64,000 nt of DNA, from contig JBLNCI010000006.1 of the NCBI GenBank assembly GCA_050260515.1, positions 37,273 through 101,272 on the forward strand, given 5' to 3'. Source of the stretch: Gemmatimonas sp. Lineage in GTDB: Bacteria; Pseudomonadota; Alphaproteobacteria; SMXQ01. Shown here piece after piece: positions 43,940 to 54,340 of the stretch. The notes below the pieces were generated by a model. The model saw only the letters and a list, made by a program, of their open reading frames with translations, did not search any database and had not been told where the DNA came from. The position numbers and the translations under genes are program-made. Within the stretch, counting starts at the first letter, position 1, and each line of letters starts with the position of its first letter.

Positions 43940-45004
43940 TCAGCGCAGTCCGTAGAGCGCGCGGGCGTTGTCGCCGAGGATCTTGTCGACCACCGCGGGC
44001 TGTAGCCCGCCCCTGGTCTTGAGCAGCCGCAGGGCCTCGATCTCGCTCGACGTGTCGTTGTGGCCGTAGTCGGTGCCGACGACGAGGTTGTCCGAGCCGA
44101 CGAGGTCGACGATCGGGCCGAGGTCGTCGGTGACCTGCATCGCCACGTACATGCGGTAGTCCTGCAGGATGGTCGGCGACAGGCGCTTGCCGCGGCGCTT
44201 GAAGCGCAGGCCGAGGTCGTTGAGCACGTACGGGAGCCATTGGCTCGACACCTCGACGAAGCCCCAGCGGGTCTTCGGGAACTGCGCCGGGAGGCCGGTG
44301 AAGATCAACTCGTGGAAGGCGCTGACCACCGACAGCTTGAAGCGGCTGAAGCCGCTGTCGTCCTTGAAGAAGTCGTGGACCTGGAACGCGCCGGTGCCGG
44401 AGTGCAGGCACAGCGGCAGGTCGAGGTCGCCCGCGATCTCCCACAGCGGATGGAAGTACGGGTCGATCAGGCGCCGCTCGCACTCGAAGCCGCGCAGGAA
44501 GATGCCGCACGCGCCGTTGTCTTTCGCCCACGCGAGCTCCTCGCGCACCTTGCCCATCGAGAGGAGCGGCGGGCAGGCGACCCACGGCAGGCGCCCGTTG
44601 CTGCGTTTCCAGATCTCGGCGAGCCAGCGGTTGTAGGCTTTCGTGATCGCGAGCTCGCACTGGACGCTGAGCGTGAGCGGCCGCAGGAACACCGTCGGGT
44701 AGAGCACCTGGATGTCGACCTCAAGCTCGTCCATGTGCTTGAGGCGCGCGCTGATGTCGCGCATCTCCCGCGACTCCTCGGCGGTGTCGCGGCCGACGTT
44801 GGCCTCCTTGGGCTGGAGGCGGCCGTCGATGACCCAGAACTCGCGCTGGGTCGCGCCGGAGCCGGCGGCGACGTCCTGCGCCGACCGCACCACCATCGGC
44901 GCGTACCTCTTCAGCGCCGGGTCGACGAACTCCCACGTGTACGGGTTCTCGAGCACGTGCGCGTCGGCGTCGATGGTGCGAGCGAGGGACGGCGGGGCGT
45001 TCAT
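43940..45004 (-). CDS. Amidohydrolase-2 family metal-dependent hydrolase
   Basis: ATG 45004 inside ORF 43940..45076. IDADAHVLE...; ...LPLCLHSG...; ...VGTDYGHND... Confidence 0.75.
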   Translation of the reverse strand: MNAPPSLARTIDADAHVLENPYTWEFVDPALKRYAPMVVRSAQDVAAGSGATQREFWVIDGRLQPKEANVGRDTAEESREMRDISARLKHMDELEVDIQVLYPTVFLRPLTLSVQCELAITKAYNRWLAEIWKRSNGRLPWVACPPLLSMGKVREELAWAKDNGACGIFLRGFECERRLIDPYFHPLWEIAGDLDLPLCLHSGTGAFQVHDFFKDDSGFSRFKLSVVSAFHELIFTGLPAQFPKTRWGFVEVSSQWLPYVLNDLGLRFKRRGKRLSPTILQDYRMYVAMQVTDDLGPIVDLVGSDNLVVGTDYGHNDTSSEIEALRLLKTRGGLQPAVVDKILGDNARALYGLR

Positions 45005-45121
45005 GACACTCTCCCGGGGCGTGGATTCCGGCGCGCTGAAGACAAAATACCTACAGCGCGAAGGGGTATGGCGCAACGCTCGGATCGGGGCTTATTCTCG
45101 ACGCGTCCAAGGGAGGACCTC

Positions 45122-46066
45122 ATGAGAAAAATCGAAACGATCGGCCTCGCGCTGGTGGGCGCGCTGTTCGCGGTCTCCGCCGCTGCCGCGGACCTCAACT
45201 TCGCCACCGGACGCCAGGGCGGATCGCAATACCCGGTCTCGGTTGCGCTGGCGCAGGTCATCGAGAAGGTCCCCGGAGTCGATCGGGTGTCGCTCGTGCC
45301 CGGCGGCGGCACCGGCAACGTCATTTCGGTGGGAACCGGAAAGACCCAGCTCGGCATCACGCTGTCGAACGACGCCATCGCCGGCATCGAGGGGCAGCCG
45401 CCCTACAAGGAGAAGCTTCCGGACATGGTGCAGCTTCTCGCGCTGCACGCGTTCAACGTCGCCATCATCGTGCCGGCGGATTCGTCGATCCGCGAGTTCA
45501 AGGACCTCGCCGGACACAAGGTGAACTCCGGCCCCGTCGGCTTCACCATCAACACGCTGTCGCGGCACGTCTACCAGATGACCGGCATCGAGAAGCAGGT
45601 GCAGCAGGGCTACCTGCAGATCGGCGACGCCGTCGAGCAGTTCAAGGACGGCCACATCGACGCGCTGTTCTACGCGCCGAGCGACTGGTTCGGGCCGTTC
45701 ATCGAACTTGCGGAATCGCGCAAGCTGCGGCTGATCCAGCTCCCCCAGGACGTCATGGACACGCTCCTCAAGGAGGACCGCAGCTTCATCGTGAAGAAGT
45801 ATCCGCTGCAGGCGGGCATCTACAAGAATCTGGAGAATCAGGTCGACACCCTCGCCAACCGTAATCTGATCGTCGCCAACCGGAAGGCGATCGACGACAA
45901 CCAGGCCTACGCGATCGTCAAAGCGGTCGCCGAGAACTGGGACAAGGTCGCCCCGTCGGAGCCGTCGTTCCGCCTGTTCAAGGCGCCGGAGCTCGCCGAG
46001 AACTCCGGGATACCGATCCATCCCGGTGCGCTCCGCTATTTCCGCGAGCGCGGCTGGGCGCAGTAG
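45122..46066 (+). CDS. TAXI-family TRAP transporter solute-binding protein
   Basis: ATG 45122 inside ORF 44060..46066. Signal peptide; ...LNFATGRQGGSQYPVSVALAQVI...IHPGALRYFRERGW is a typical TAXI ending. Confidence 0.85.
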   Translation: MRKIETIGLALVGALFAVSAAAADLNFATGRQGGSQYPVSVALAQVIEKVPGVDRVSLVPGGGTGNVISVGTGKTQLGITLSNDAIAGIEGQPPYKEKLPDMVQLLALHAFNVAIIVPADSSIREFKDLAGHKVNSGPVGFTINTLSRHVYQMTGIEKQVQQGYLQIGDAVEQFKDGHIDALFYAPSDWFGPFIELAESRKLRLIQLPQDVMDTLLKEDRSFIVKKYPLQAGIYKNLENQVDTLANRNLIVANRKAIDDNQAYAIVKAVAENWDKVAPSEPSFRLFKAPELAENSGIPIHPGALRYFRERGWAQ

Positions 46067-46121
46067 CGTTCGAGCGGACGGCGCGCGGCCGAGAGAGCCG
46101 CGTCGCCGCGCGGGGCCCCCG

Positions 46122-48047
46122 ATGAACCGTAAGGAATTTTGGCTGTTTGCCAGAGCGGAAGCGGCGCGCTGGGTGGCGATCGCCATGGCGCTGTTCCACC
46201 TCTACACGGCGCTGTTCGGCAACTACGACGCGCTGATCCAGCGCGGCGTACATCTCGGATTCGCCATCGCGCTGATCCTGCTGCTCCACCCGACGGCGCG
46301 GCGGCTGCCCGGTCGTCTGGGAGCAGTCGCGGCAAGCGCCTTCACCGCGGTGCTGGCCGTCGCTTCGTTCGCGCCGCTCGCGTATCTGCTGGACCATTAC
46401 ACGTATCTCACCGGCGAGCGGTTCCAGTTCGTCACCGATGTGACACCGGTCGAGCTGGTGATGGGCACGGCGTTCATGCTGGCACTCCTGGAACTGTGCC
46501 GGCGCGTCGCCGGAATCGCGCTCGCCGCGATCACGCTGGCCTTCCTCGTTTACCTGTTCGTGCCGGGGCTGCCGGGCATCTTCGGACACGCGGGGTTCGA
46601 TCTCGCGACCCAGGTGGACGAGCAGTATCTCGGCCTCGGTGGAATCTTCGGCGTGCCGCTCGGCGCGTCCGCGAGCTACATCGCGCCGTTCGTGATCTTC
46701 GGCGCGTTCCTCGAGCGGAGCGGGCTCGGCGGCTTCATCATGGATTTCGCGACCGGCCTCGTCGGCCGCTTTCGCGGCGGGCCGGCGAAGGTCGCGGTGA
46801 TCGCCAGCGCGTTCCACGGAACGATCTCCGGCAGTGCCCCGGCCAATGTCCTCACCGTCGGTCCCGTGACCATCCCGATGATGAAGCGTCTCGGCTTCCC
46901 CGCCCACATGGCGGGCGCGATCGAGGCGGCGGCGTCCACGGGCGGCGTCATCATGCCGCCGGTGATGGGCTCGGTCGCGTTCATCATGGCCTCGTTCATC
47001 GGCGTTTCGTACTCGGTCGTCGCGCTCTACGCCGTGATCCCGGCGCTGCTCTATTTCTTCGGGGTGTTCTGCGCCGTGCACTGGACCGCAGTGCGCTACG
47101 GCATCCGCGGCCTTGATCCGTCCGAGATGCCGGACTGGAGGCGGAGCTTCCGCGAGCGCGGCCATCTGCTCGCCCCCGTCGCCGTGCTGGTGACGTTGAT
47201 GTCTCTCGACTTTTCCCCGCAATACGGCGCGGCCTACGCGATCCTGTCGGTGGTCGCCGTGTCGTGGCTCCGGCGCGGTACGCGGATGGGACCGCGCGCC
47301 ATTCTCGAAGCCCTGGAAGCGGGCGCGAAGGGCGCCGTGCTGGTGGCCATCGCCACGGCTGCCGCGGGCATGATCGTCGGCGCCTTCGAGCTGTCGTCGG
47401 TCGGCCTCAAGCTCGCCCAGAGCGCCAGCGCGCTGGCCGGCACCTTGATGACGGGCCTGCTGCTGACGATGGTCGTGTCGCTCCTGTTGGGTGCGGGCGT
47501 GCCGCCATCGGTGGCCTACATCGTCCAGGTCGCGGTGACCATTCCGATGCTGCAGACGTTCCTCAAGTCAGACGGCGGCGTCGACCCGGCGACGGCGGTG
47601 GTGCTGTCGCACTTCTTCGTCATGTACTTCTCGTCGCTCGCCGTGCTGACCCCGCCCGATGCCCTGGCGTCGGTGGCGGCGGCGGGACTGGCCGGCAGTC
47701 CCTTCGTCAAGACGGGACTCGCGGCGACGCGGGTGGCGTTCGTCGCCTTCATCGTGCCGTTCATGTTCGTGTACCGTCCGGCGCTGCTGACGCTGGGATC
47801 GCCCGCCGAGATCGCGGAAGCGTTCGTGTTCTCCGCGCTCGGGGTCTACATCGCGGCGATCGCCTTCGAGGGCGTGTTCCGGCGACCGCTCGCCTGGTGG
47901 GAGCGCGGGATCGCCTTCGCCGCGGCGGCGGCGCTCATCTTCCCGGGTTGGGAGAGCGACCTCGCGGGCGTCGTGCTCTTTGCGTTTTTCCTGGCGCTGC
48001 AGTATTCGCGTCGGCCAGCGCTCACAACCGAATCCCGTACCCAGTAG
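46122..48047 (+). CDS. TRAP transporter fused (4TM/12TM) permease
   Basis: ATG 46122 inside ORF 46026..48047. 641-aa polytopic protein directly downstream of the TAXI binding protein. Confidence 0.85.
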   Translation: MNRKEFWLFARAEAARWVAIAMALFHLYTALFGNYDALIQRGVHLGFAIALILLLHPTARRLPGRLGAVAASAFTAVLAVASFAPLAYLLDHYTYLTGERFQFVTDVTPVELVMGTAFMLALLELCRRVAGIALAAITLAFLVYLFVPGLPGIFGHAGFDLATQVDEQYLGLGGIFGVPLGASASYIAPFVIFGAFLERSGLGGFIMDFATGLVGRFRGGPAKVAVIASAFHGTISGSAPANVLTVGPVTIPMMKRLGFPAHMAGAIEAAASTGGVIMPPVMGSVAFIMASFIGVSYSVVALYAVIPALLYFFGVFCAVHWTAVRYGIRGLDPSEMPDWRRSFRERGHLLAPVAVLVTLMSLDFSPQYGAAYAILSVVAVSWLRRGTRMGPRAILEALEAGAKGAVLVAIATAAAGMIVGAFELSSVGLKLAQSASALAGTLMTGLLLTMVVSLLLGAGVPPSVAYIVQVAVTIPMLQTFLKSDGGVDPATAVVLSHFFVMYFSSLAVLTPPDALASVAAAGLAGSPFVKTGLAATRVAFVAFIVPFMFVYRPALLTLGSPAEIAEAFVFSALGVYIAAIAFEGVFRRPLAWWERGIAFAAAAALIFPGWESDLAGVVLFAFFLALQYSRRPALTTESRTQ

Positions 48048-48056
48048 GAGACAGCT

Positions 48057-48899
48057 ATGGCGAAGGAACGAATCGGCCTGGTCGGACCGGGCCGCATGGG
48101 ACTGGCGATGGTCCGGCACCTTATCAAGGCGGGCTACCCGGTCACCGTCACCGACCTGAACCCGGCGGCGATCAAGAAGGCCGAGGCGCTGGGCGCCCAG
48201 GGCGCCGCGACCGCCGCCGACGTCGCGCGGTCGTCGAAGTTCATCATCATCGCGGTCGGCTTCGACGACGAGGCGATGGCGGTGACGTCGGGCAAGGACG
48301 GTCTCATGGACGGCTTGCAGCCGGGCTCGATCGTCGCCGTCTCGTCGACGGTGTCCCCGGATACCGCGAAGAAGCTCGACGAGATCGTGCGCGCGAAGTC
48401 GAGCGATGTCCTCGACGCGCCGATCTGCCGCGGCGGGTGGGCGGCCGACGACGGCACGCTGCTGGCGCTGTTCGGCGGCAAGCGCGAGGTCGTCGACCGT
48501 GGACGCCCCGTGTATTCGGCGTTCTCATCCGACATCGTCCACGTCGGCGACGTCGGCCATGGCCAGGTCGCCAAGACCATGAACAACATGCTGCTGTGGG
48601 TGAACGGCGTGGCGCTGATGGAGGCGGGCAAGCTCGCCGAAAGCACCGGCATCGATCTGCCGAAGCTCCGCGAGGCGCTGATGATGAGCTCCGGCGATTC
48701 CGCCGCGCTTCACGACTGGGACATGATCACCTTCACCTGGGCGCTGAAGGACATGCAGATCGTCACCCAGATGACCGACAAGGCGGGGCTGTCGCTGCCG
48801 ATCACCGGCGCGATCAAGGAACTCGTCAAGGACGCGAAGCGCCTCAAGTCGGGTGGCGGGGCGCCCGACTGGACCGGAAAGAAGGCCGCCAAGGCCTAG
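48057..48899 (+). CDS. NAD(P)-dependent beta-hydroxyacid dehydrogenase (3-hydroxyisobutyrate dehydrogenase family)
   Basis: 280 aa. IGLVGPGRMGLAMVRHL Rossmann motif and the family C-terminal helical domain. Confidence 0.8.
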   Translation: MAKERIGLVGPGRMGLAMVRHLIKAGYPVTVTDLNPAAIKKAEALGAQGAATAADVARSSKFIIIAVGFDDEAMAVTSGKDGLMDGLQPGSIVAVSSTVSPDTAKKLDEIVRAKSSDVLDAPICRGGWAADDGTLLALFGGKREVVDRGRPVYSAFSSDIVHVGDVGHGQVAKTMNNMLLWVNGVALMEAGKLAESTGIDLPKLREALMMSSGDSAALHDWDMITFTWALKDMQIVTQMTDKAGLSLPITGAIKELVKDAKRLKSGGGAPDWTGKKAAKA

Positions 48900-49023
48900 C
48901 GACGGCGGCCGAAGCCGGACAACGCGATCTCCCCCGCCGCTCTTGAGCCGGCGGGGGAGGTGGCGGATGATGACGGTCAAGGGCGCCGCGCGAAGCGGCG
49001 GCACCGGGATCGGGGAGAGCGCC

Positions 49024-50133
49024 ATGAAGTTCGGGACATTCGTCGGCCGGAGCGTTGTCGCGGCGATCGCCGTCGTCGGCCTCGCCGCAGTCGCGCGCGC
49101 GCAGTCGGTGCCGGAGGGATATCCGGCGAGTTACCAGCAGACGATCGACGCGGCCAAGAAGGAGGGCAAGGTCGTCGTGTACTCGAGCACCGACGCCGCG
49201 TCCGCCGGCCCGTTGCTCAAGGATTTTCAGGCTGCGTTCCCCGGCATCACGATCGAGTACAACGACCTCAACTCGACCGAGCTCTACAACCGCTTCATCT
49301 CCGAGGCCGCCGCGAACACCGGCGGCGGCGACCTCCTGTGGTCGTCGGCGATGGATTTGCAGGTGAAGCTCGTCACCGACGGCTACGCCCAGACCTATAT
49401 GTCGCCGGAGGCGAAGGCGATCCCGGACTGGGCGCACTTCAAGGATCAGGCGTACGCGACGACGTATGAGCCGGTGACCTTCGTCTACAACAAGCGGCTC
49501 GTTCCGGCGGCCGACGTGCCGAAGACCCACGGCGACCTGCTGAAGCTCCTGCAGACCAAGCCGGACGCCTACAAGGGCAAGGTCACGGCCTACGATCCCG
49601 AGCGCTCCGGCGTCGGCTTCCTGTTCTTCACCCAGGACGCCAAGCACTTCCCGCAGGCGTGGGACCTCAACAAGGCGTTCGGCAAGGTCCAGCTCAAGCT
49701 CTACACGTCGGCGGGCGCGATGATCGAGCGCGTCACCTCGGGCGAGCACACGATCGGCTACGGCATCTTCGGGTCGTACGCGCTGGCGCGGCAGAAGAAG
49801 GACCCGAATCTCGGCGTGGTGCTGCCGGCCGACTACACGCTGATTGCGACCCGCGTCGCGTTCATCGCCAAGTCGGCGCAGCATCCGAACGCCGCCAAGC
49901 TGTTCCTCGACTACCTGCTCTCCAAGCGCGGCCAGAACATCATCGCCAACCAGGCGGATCTCTATTCGCTGCGCGCCGACGTGCAGGGCGAGGCGACCCT
50001 CAAGGCGGTCGAGTCGGCGATCGGCGACAAGGCGAAGCCGATCCCGGTCGGGCCCGAGCTGCTCGAGAGCCTCGACCAGAAGAAGCGGCTCGACTTCCTG
50101 AAGCAGTGGCAGGCCGCGATGAAGGGCCAGTGA
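49024..50133 (+). CDS. ABC transporter periplasmic binding protein, Fe(3+)/family-1 type
   Basis: ATG 49024 inside ORF 48853..50133. Signal peptide ...GLAAVARA. ...KVVVYSSTDAASAGPLLKDFQAAFPGI... Confidence 0.8.
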   Translation: MKFGTFVGRSVVAAIAVVGLAAVARAQSVPEGYPASYQQTIDAAKKEGKVVVYSSTDAASAGPLLKDFQAAFPGITIEYNDLNSTELYNRFISEAAANTGGGDLLWSSAMDLQVKLVTDGYAQTYMSPEAKAIPDWAHFKDQAYATTYEPVTFVYNKRLVPAADVPKTHGDLLKLLQTKPDAYKGKVTAYDPERSGVGFLFFTQDAKHFPQAWDLNKAFGKVQLKLYTSAGAMIERVTSGEHTIGYGIFGSYALARQKKDPNLGVVLPADYTLIATRVAFIAKSAQHPNAAKLFLDYLLSKRGQNIIANQADLYSLRADVQGEATLKAVESAIGDKAKPIPVGPELLESLDQKKRLDFLKQWQAAMKGQ

Positions 50134-50161
50134 CCCGCGGGCGCTTGCCGCGGGTCCGCCG

Positions 50162-51841
50162 ATGCGCGTTTCCGGATACGGGCTGTTCCGCCTCGCGGTG
50201 ATCGCGGTGATCGCGCTGGCGGTGCTCGCGCCCCTGGCGCTGGTGTTCTACCAGAGCTTCCTCGACGCGCCGTTCTTCCAGCCGTCCGCCAAGCTCTCGC
50301 TCGACGCCTACGACTTCGTCGCCTCCGACGGCGATTTCTGGGAGGCGTTCGGAAACTCGGTGATGCTCGCCGCCGGGATGACGGCGATCGCCGTCCCGCT
50401 TGGTGCCGTCCTCGCGTTCCTGATGGTGCGCACGGACCTCCCAGGGCGAGCGATCCTCGAGCCGCTGCTGCTGGTGCCGATCTTCATCTCGGCGATCGTG
50501 CTGTCGTTCGGCTACGTCGTGGCGCTCGGGCCCGTCGGCGTGCTGTCGATCGCCGCCAAGGACGCCTTCGGATTCGTCCCGTGGAATCTCTACTCGTTCC
50601 CGTCGCTGATCGCGATCGCCGGGCTGATGCACGTCCCCCATGTCTACCTCTACACGGCGGCGGCACTCCGCGGAGTCGGTGCCGATGTCGAGGAGGCGGC
50701 GCGCGTGATCGGTGCGGCGCCGTGGAAGATCGCCTTCACCGTCAGTCTCCCGTTGGTCACTCCGGCGATCCTGTTCGGCGGCGTGCTGGTGTTCTTCTTG
50801 GGTTTCGAGTTGTTCGGACTGCCGCTGGTTCTCGGCGACCCTCAAGGCCTGCTCGTGCTCTCGACCTATCTCTACAAGCTCACCAACAAGCTCGGCGTGC
50901 CCTCGTACCAGCTCATGGCCGTGGTGGTGGTCGCGATCGTCGCCGTCACCGCGCCGCTCGTCGCCCTGCAGCGGCGGCTGCTCAGGTCGGCAAACCGCTA
51001 CATCGCGATGCGCGGCAAGGGCGCGCGGTCCGATCTGATGCGCCTCGGCGGCTGGCGCTGGCCCGCGCTGGCGATCGTGCTGGCGTGGTTCGCGGTCACC
51101 GTGGCGATCCCGCTGTTCGGGATCGCGCTGCGGTCGGTGGTCACATCGTGGGGCGAGGGCGTGCGGCTCTCGGAGGTGCTGACGCTCGCGCACTACCGCG
51201 ACCTGTGGGACTACCCGAACGTCGTCCGGGGCATCGTCAACACCGTCGGCATTGGAGTCATCGGCGGCGCGGCGGCGGTTGCCTGCTACACGCTGCTCGC
51301 GCTGGTGGTTCATCGCTGGCAGTCCGGGTGGACGCGTCTGGTCGATTACATCGTGATGGCGCCGCGCGCGATGCCGGGCCTCGTCGCCGGCCTCGCCATG
51401 CTGTGGCTGTTCCTGTTCATCAGGCCGCTCAATCCGCTGCGGGCGACGATGGTGTCGGTGTGGCTCGCCTACACCGTGGTGTGGTTCGCCTACGGCATGC
51501 GCCTCGTCTCGGGCACGCTCCTGCAGGTTGCCCCCGAGCTCGAGGAGGCGGCGCGGGTCGCCGGCGCGACGCCGGGTCGCATCCAGCGCGACGTCACGGT
51601 GCCGCTGGTGCGTTACGGCGTGCTGGCGAGCTGGCTCCTCGTCTTCCTGATCTTCGCCCGCGAGTACTCGACCGGCATCTACCTGCTGGCGCCCGGCACC
51701 GAGGTGATCGGCTCGCTGCTGGTGTCGCTGTGGGGCACGGGGGCCATCGACATGGTGTCGGCGCTGTCGGTCATCAACGTGCTGATCATCGGCCTCGGTC
51801 TGGCGGTCGCGATGCGCCTCGGAGTGCGCCTTCATGCCTGA
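50162..51841 (+). CDS. ABC transporter permease, fused two-domain
   Basis: 559 aa, two MetI-like repeats; paralog of 28497-30239. Confidence 0.85.
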   Translation: MRVSGYGLFRLAVIAVIALAVLAPLALVFYQSFLDAPFFQPSAKLSLDAYDFVASDGDFWEAFGNSVMLAAGMTAIAVPLGAVLAFLMVRTDLPGRAILEPLLLVPIFISAIVLSFGYVVALGPVGVLSIAAKDAFGFVPWNLYSFPSLIAIAGLMHVPHVYLYTAAALRGVGADVEEAARVIGAAPWKIAFTVSLPLVTPAILFGGVLVFFLGFELFGLPLVLGDPQGLLVLSTYLYKLTNKLGVPSYQLMAVVVVAIVAVTAPLVALQRRLLRSANRYIAMRGKGARSDLMRLGGWRWPALAIVLAWFAVTVAIPLFGIALRSVVTSWGEGVRLSEVLTLAHYRDLWDYPNVVRGIVNTVGIGVIGGAAAVACYTLLALVVHRWQSGWTRLVDYIVMAPRAMPGLVAGLAMLWLFLFIRPLNPLRATMVSVWLAYTVVWFAYGMRLVSGTLLQVAPELEEAARVAGATPGRIQRDVTVPLVRYGVLASWLLVFLIFAREYSTGIYLLAPGTEVIGSLLVSLWGTGAIDMVSALSVINVLIIGLGLAVAMRLGVRLHA

Positions 51842-52889
51842 TCTCTCGATCGACGATCTCCATGTGCGGCTCGGCGACAACGACGTGCTCAAGGGCGTGT
51901 CGTTCACCGTCCCGCAGGGTCAGGTCGTCGCGCTGCTCGGGCCGTCGGGATCGGGCAAGACGACGATCCTTCGTTCGGTCGCGGGCCTCGAGCGGCCTTA
52001 CCGCGGCACGATACGTATCGGCGACACCGTGTTCTTCGACGGGGCGAAAGCCATCGACGTTCCGGCCGAGAAGCGCGGGCTCGGGCTGGTGTTCCAGTCG
52101 TACGCGCTGTGGCCGCACCGCACCGTGTTCGAGAACGTCGCCTATGGCCTCAAGCTGCGCGGCATCGGCCGCGACGAGCTGGCGCGGCGGGCGAAGGCCG
52201 CGCTCGCCCAGATCGGGCTCGACCATCTCGCGGAGCGCTATCCCCATCAGCTCTCCGGGGGTCAGCAGCAGCGCGTCGCGCTTGCCCGCGCGCTCGTCTA
52301 CGAGCCGCCGGTGATCCTGCTCGACGAGCCGCTGTCAAATCTCGACGCGAAGCTCCGCGAGGAGGCGCGGGCGTGGCTCAGGCGCCTGATCACGAGTCTC
52401 GGGCTGTCGGCGCTGTGCGTCACCCACGACCAGGTCGAGGCGATGGCCATCGCCGACCGCGTGCTGCTGCTGGAAGGCGGGCGCATCGCCCAGGCCGGCA
52501 CGCCGACCGAGCTTTACGGCGCGCCGACGAGCCTCTTTGCGGCGGAGTTCATGGGCGCGAACAACCGCATCGCGGGAGTCGTGGAGACGGTCGAGGGCGG
52601 TGCCGCCGTCCTTCGCGTCGGCCCGCAGCGGTTGTCGGGAATCGCCCGAGGCAGCCTCACCGTGGGTGCTTCGGCCTGCGGCGTCATCCGCATCGAGCGG
52701 ATGCGGCTCGCCGACGGCCCCGGCGAGAATCGCGTCGTGATGAGGATCGCCACCTCGATGTTCCTCGGCGAGCGTTACGAGCACGTCTTCGAGACCGATG
52801 GCATTTCGATCCGGGTCTTCACCCCCGGTCCGATCGAGGGCACCGAGCGCTGGCTCGAATTCCCCCGCGAGGCGCTCTGGATATTCTGA
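51834..52889 (+). CDS. ABC transporter ATP-binding protein
   Basis: 351 aa. GPSGSGKTT, LSGGQQQRVALAR, ILLDEP. Confidence 0.9.
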   Translation: MPDLSIDDLHVRLGDNDVLKGVSFTVPQGQVVALLGPSGSGKTTILRSVAGLERPYRGTIRIGDTVFFDGAKAIDVPAEKRGLGLVFQSYALWPHRTVFENVAYGLKLRGIGRDELARRAKAALAQIGLDHLAERYPHQLSGGQQQRVALARALVYEPPVILLDEPLSNLDAKLREEARAWLRRLITSLGLSALCVTHDQVEAMAIADRVLLLEGGRIAQAGTPTELYGAPTSLFAAEFMGANNRIAGVVETVEGGAAVLRVGPQRLSGIARGSLTVGASACGVIRIERMRLADGPGENRVVMRIATSMFLGERYEHVFETDGISIRVFTPGPIEGTERWLEFPREALWIF

Positions 52890-53015
52890 GATTTGCCAAC
52901 GATCTCAACCGGTCGCCGGACCTCCGCTTCCACCGCCGTTAACTCGTCCAAAAAGGGTAATGCGACCTTGCGCCGGAGCGGATAGCCTTTCACCAATATT
53001 CAAGGGGGGAAGGCG

Positions 53016-53546
53016 ATGCACAAGATAAGTGTCACGGGGCCGACGACTGCCGTAGCGCTGTTGCTTTCATTGTTCGCGGTCGCGGGTTGCCAACATCCAA
53101 GTCAGAACGCCTACAGCTACCGCGAAGTCGGGAAGACCTCGGCGGTGAGCTTCGGGACGATCCTCGCCGTGCGCGACATCGACATCATCGGCAAGAACAC
53201 CGGGGCAGGCGCGCTGGTCGGCGCCGCGGCCGGTGGGGGCGCGGCCAGCTACGCGGGCGCCGGCAGCGGCAGGAACTGGGCGGTGGGGGCGGGCCTCATC
53301 GCAGGCGCGATCGCCGGAGGGCTCGCCGAACAGGCGATGTCGGACCGCAAGGGAATTGAGTACACCGTGGTGCTGGAATCCGGCGTCACGCTGACGGTCG
53401 CGCAAGAATTGCCGAAAACAGAGACGGTGATCCCGGTGGGCACGCGCGTCATCGTGCAGAACAGCGGCGGATACCAGCGCGTGCTTCCCGCGACCAACCT
53501 TCCGACGGAAGTGAAGCGGCCGCAGGGCCTCAAGGTCGTCGACTAG
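53016..53546 (+). CDS. Outer-membrane lipoprotein with glycine-zipper domain (SlyB/Pcp-like)
   Basis: Lipobox LFAVAGC. GAGALVGAAAGGGAASYAGAG...GAGLIAGAIAGGLA is the glycine zipper. Confidence 0.75.
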   Translation: MHKISVTGPTTAVALLLSLFAVAGCQHPSQNAYSYREVGKTSAVSFGTILAVRDIDIIGKNTGAGALVGAAAGGGAASYAGAGSGRNWAVGAGLIAGAIAGGLAEQAMSDRKGIEYTVVLESGVTLTVAQELPKTETVIPVGTRVIVQNSGGYQRVLPATNLPTEVKRPQGLKVVD

Positions 53547-53555
53547 GCTGCGATT

Positions 53556-54185
53556 ATGCGGGCGATAGTCGTCGTTGTCGCGGCGCTACTTGCGTCCGCG
53601 TGCACGGGGCAGGCGGTTGTTCCTTCCGTCGCTGTCGAGATTCCGGCCGGGCAGAAGCCGGTAGCGGGCAACTACGCGGCGACAATTCAAACCGGCGGAT
53701 GGGCTCTGCGGACCAAGTCCCGGGGAACGTCGTGCGGTGTATGGACGTTCGACACGGACGTAAACTCGTCCTACGAGGGCGCCATCCGTGACGGACTCAT
53801 GCGATCGCTGGAGAAGGTCACCTTCACGCCGGAGATTCTGTCGCCGGAGCAGCTGAAGGAGAGTGGTTACGACGCCCAGGTCGTCGTCCACCAGGGAAAC
53901 GCTTCTTCGACGTTCATGCTGTCGCCGAAATTCTTTTCCGCCTCGGCCCGTGGCGAGGTGGTCCTCTCGGTGATCCTGGCCATTCGCGACGGGAGCGGAG
54001 TCACGTACCAGAACACGGTCACCGGAAAGGGCAGCGGGAGCAAAGAGGTCTTCGCATGTCCCGCGATCGGTCAAGCTGTCGGCGCCGGTGCGCAGGATGC
54101 GGTCAGGACAATCGTCCGGGAGATCGTGCTCTCTGTGCGGGACGGATTGCGCGACCGCCGGGTTGCGGCGAAGCCGCAAAGCTGA
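53556..54185 (+). CDS. Hypothetical lipoprotein
   Basis: Lipobox LLASAC; 209 aa; no family recognised. Confidence 0.6.
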   Translation: MRAIVVVVAALLASACTGQAVVPSVAVEIPAGQKPVAGNYAATIQTGGWALRTKSRGTSCGVWTFDTDVNSSYEGAIRDGLMRSLEKVTFTPEILSPEQLKESGYDAQVVVHQGNASSTFMLSPKFFSASARGEVVLSVILAIRDGSGVTYQNTVTGKGSGSKEVFACPAIGQAVGAGAQDAVRTIVREIVLSVRDGLRDRRVAAKPQS

Positions 54186-54340
54186 TCTGCCGCGGCTCCG
54201 GACCGGAGGCGAAGCTGCGTTCGCTCGACCTCCGGCTCACTCGTCGCTGGCACAGTGGCCGCCGGAAATGCTAACAGACGATCCAGTCCCCCGCCTCGTC
54301 AGGCCGGCACCCGCCGTTTCTCCAACGCGAAGGATCCTCC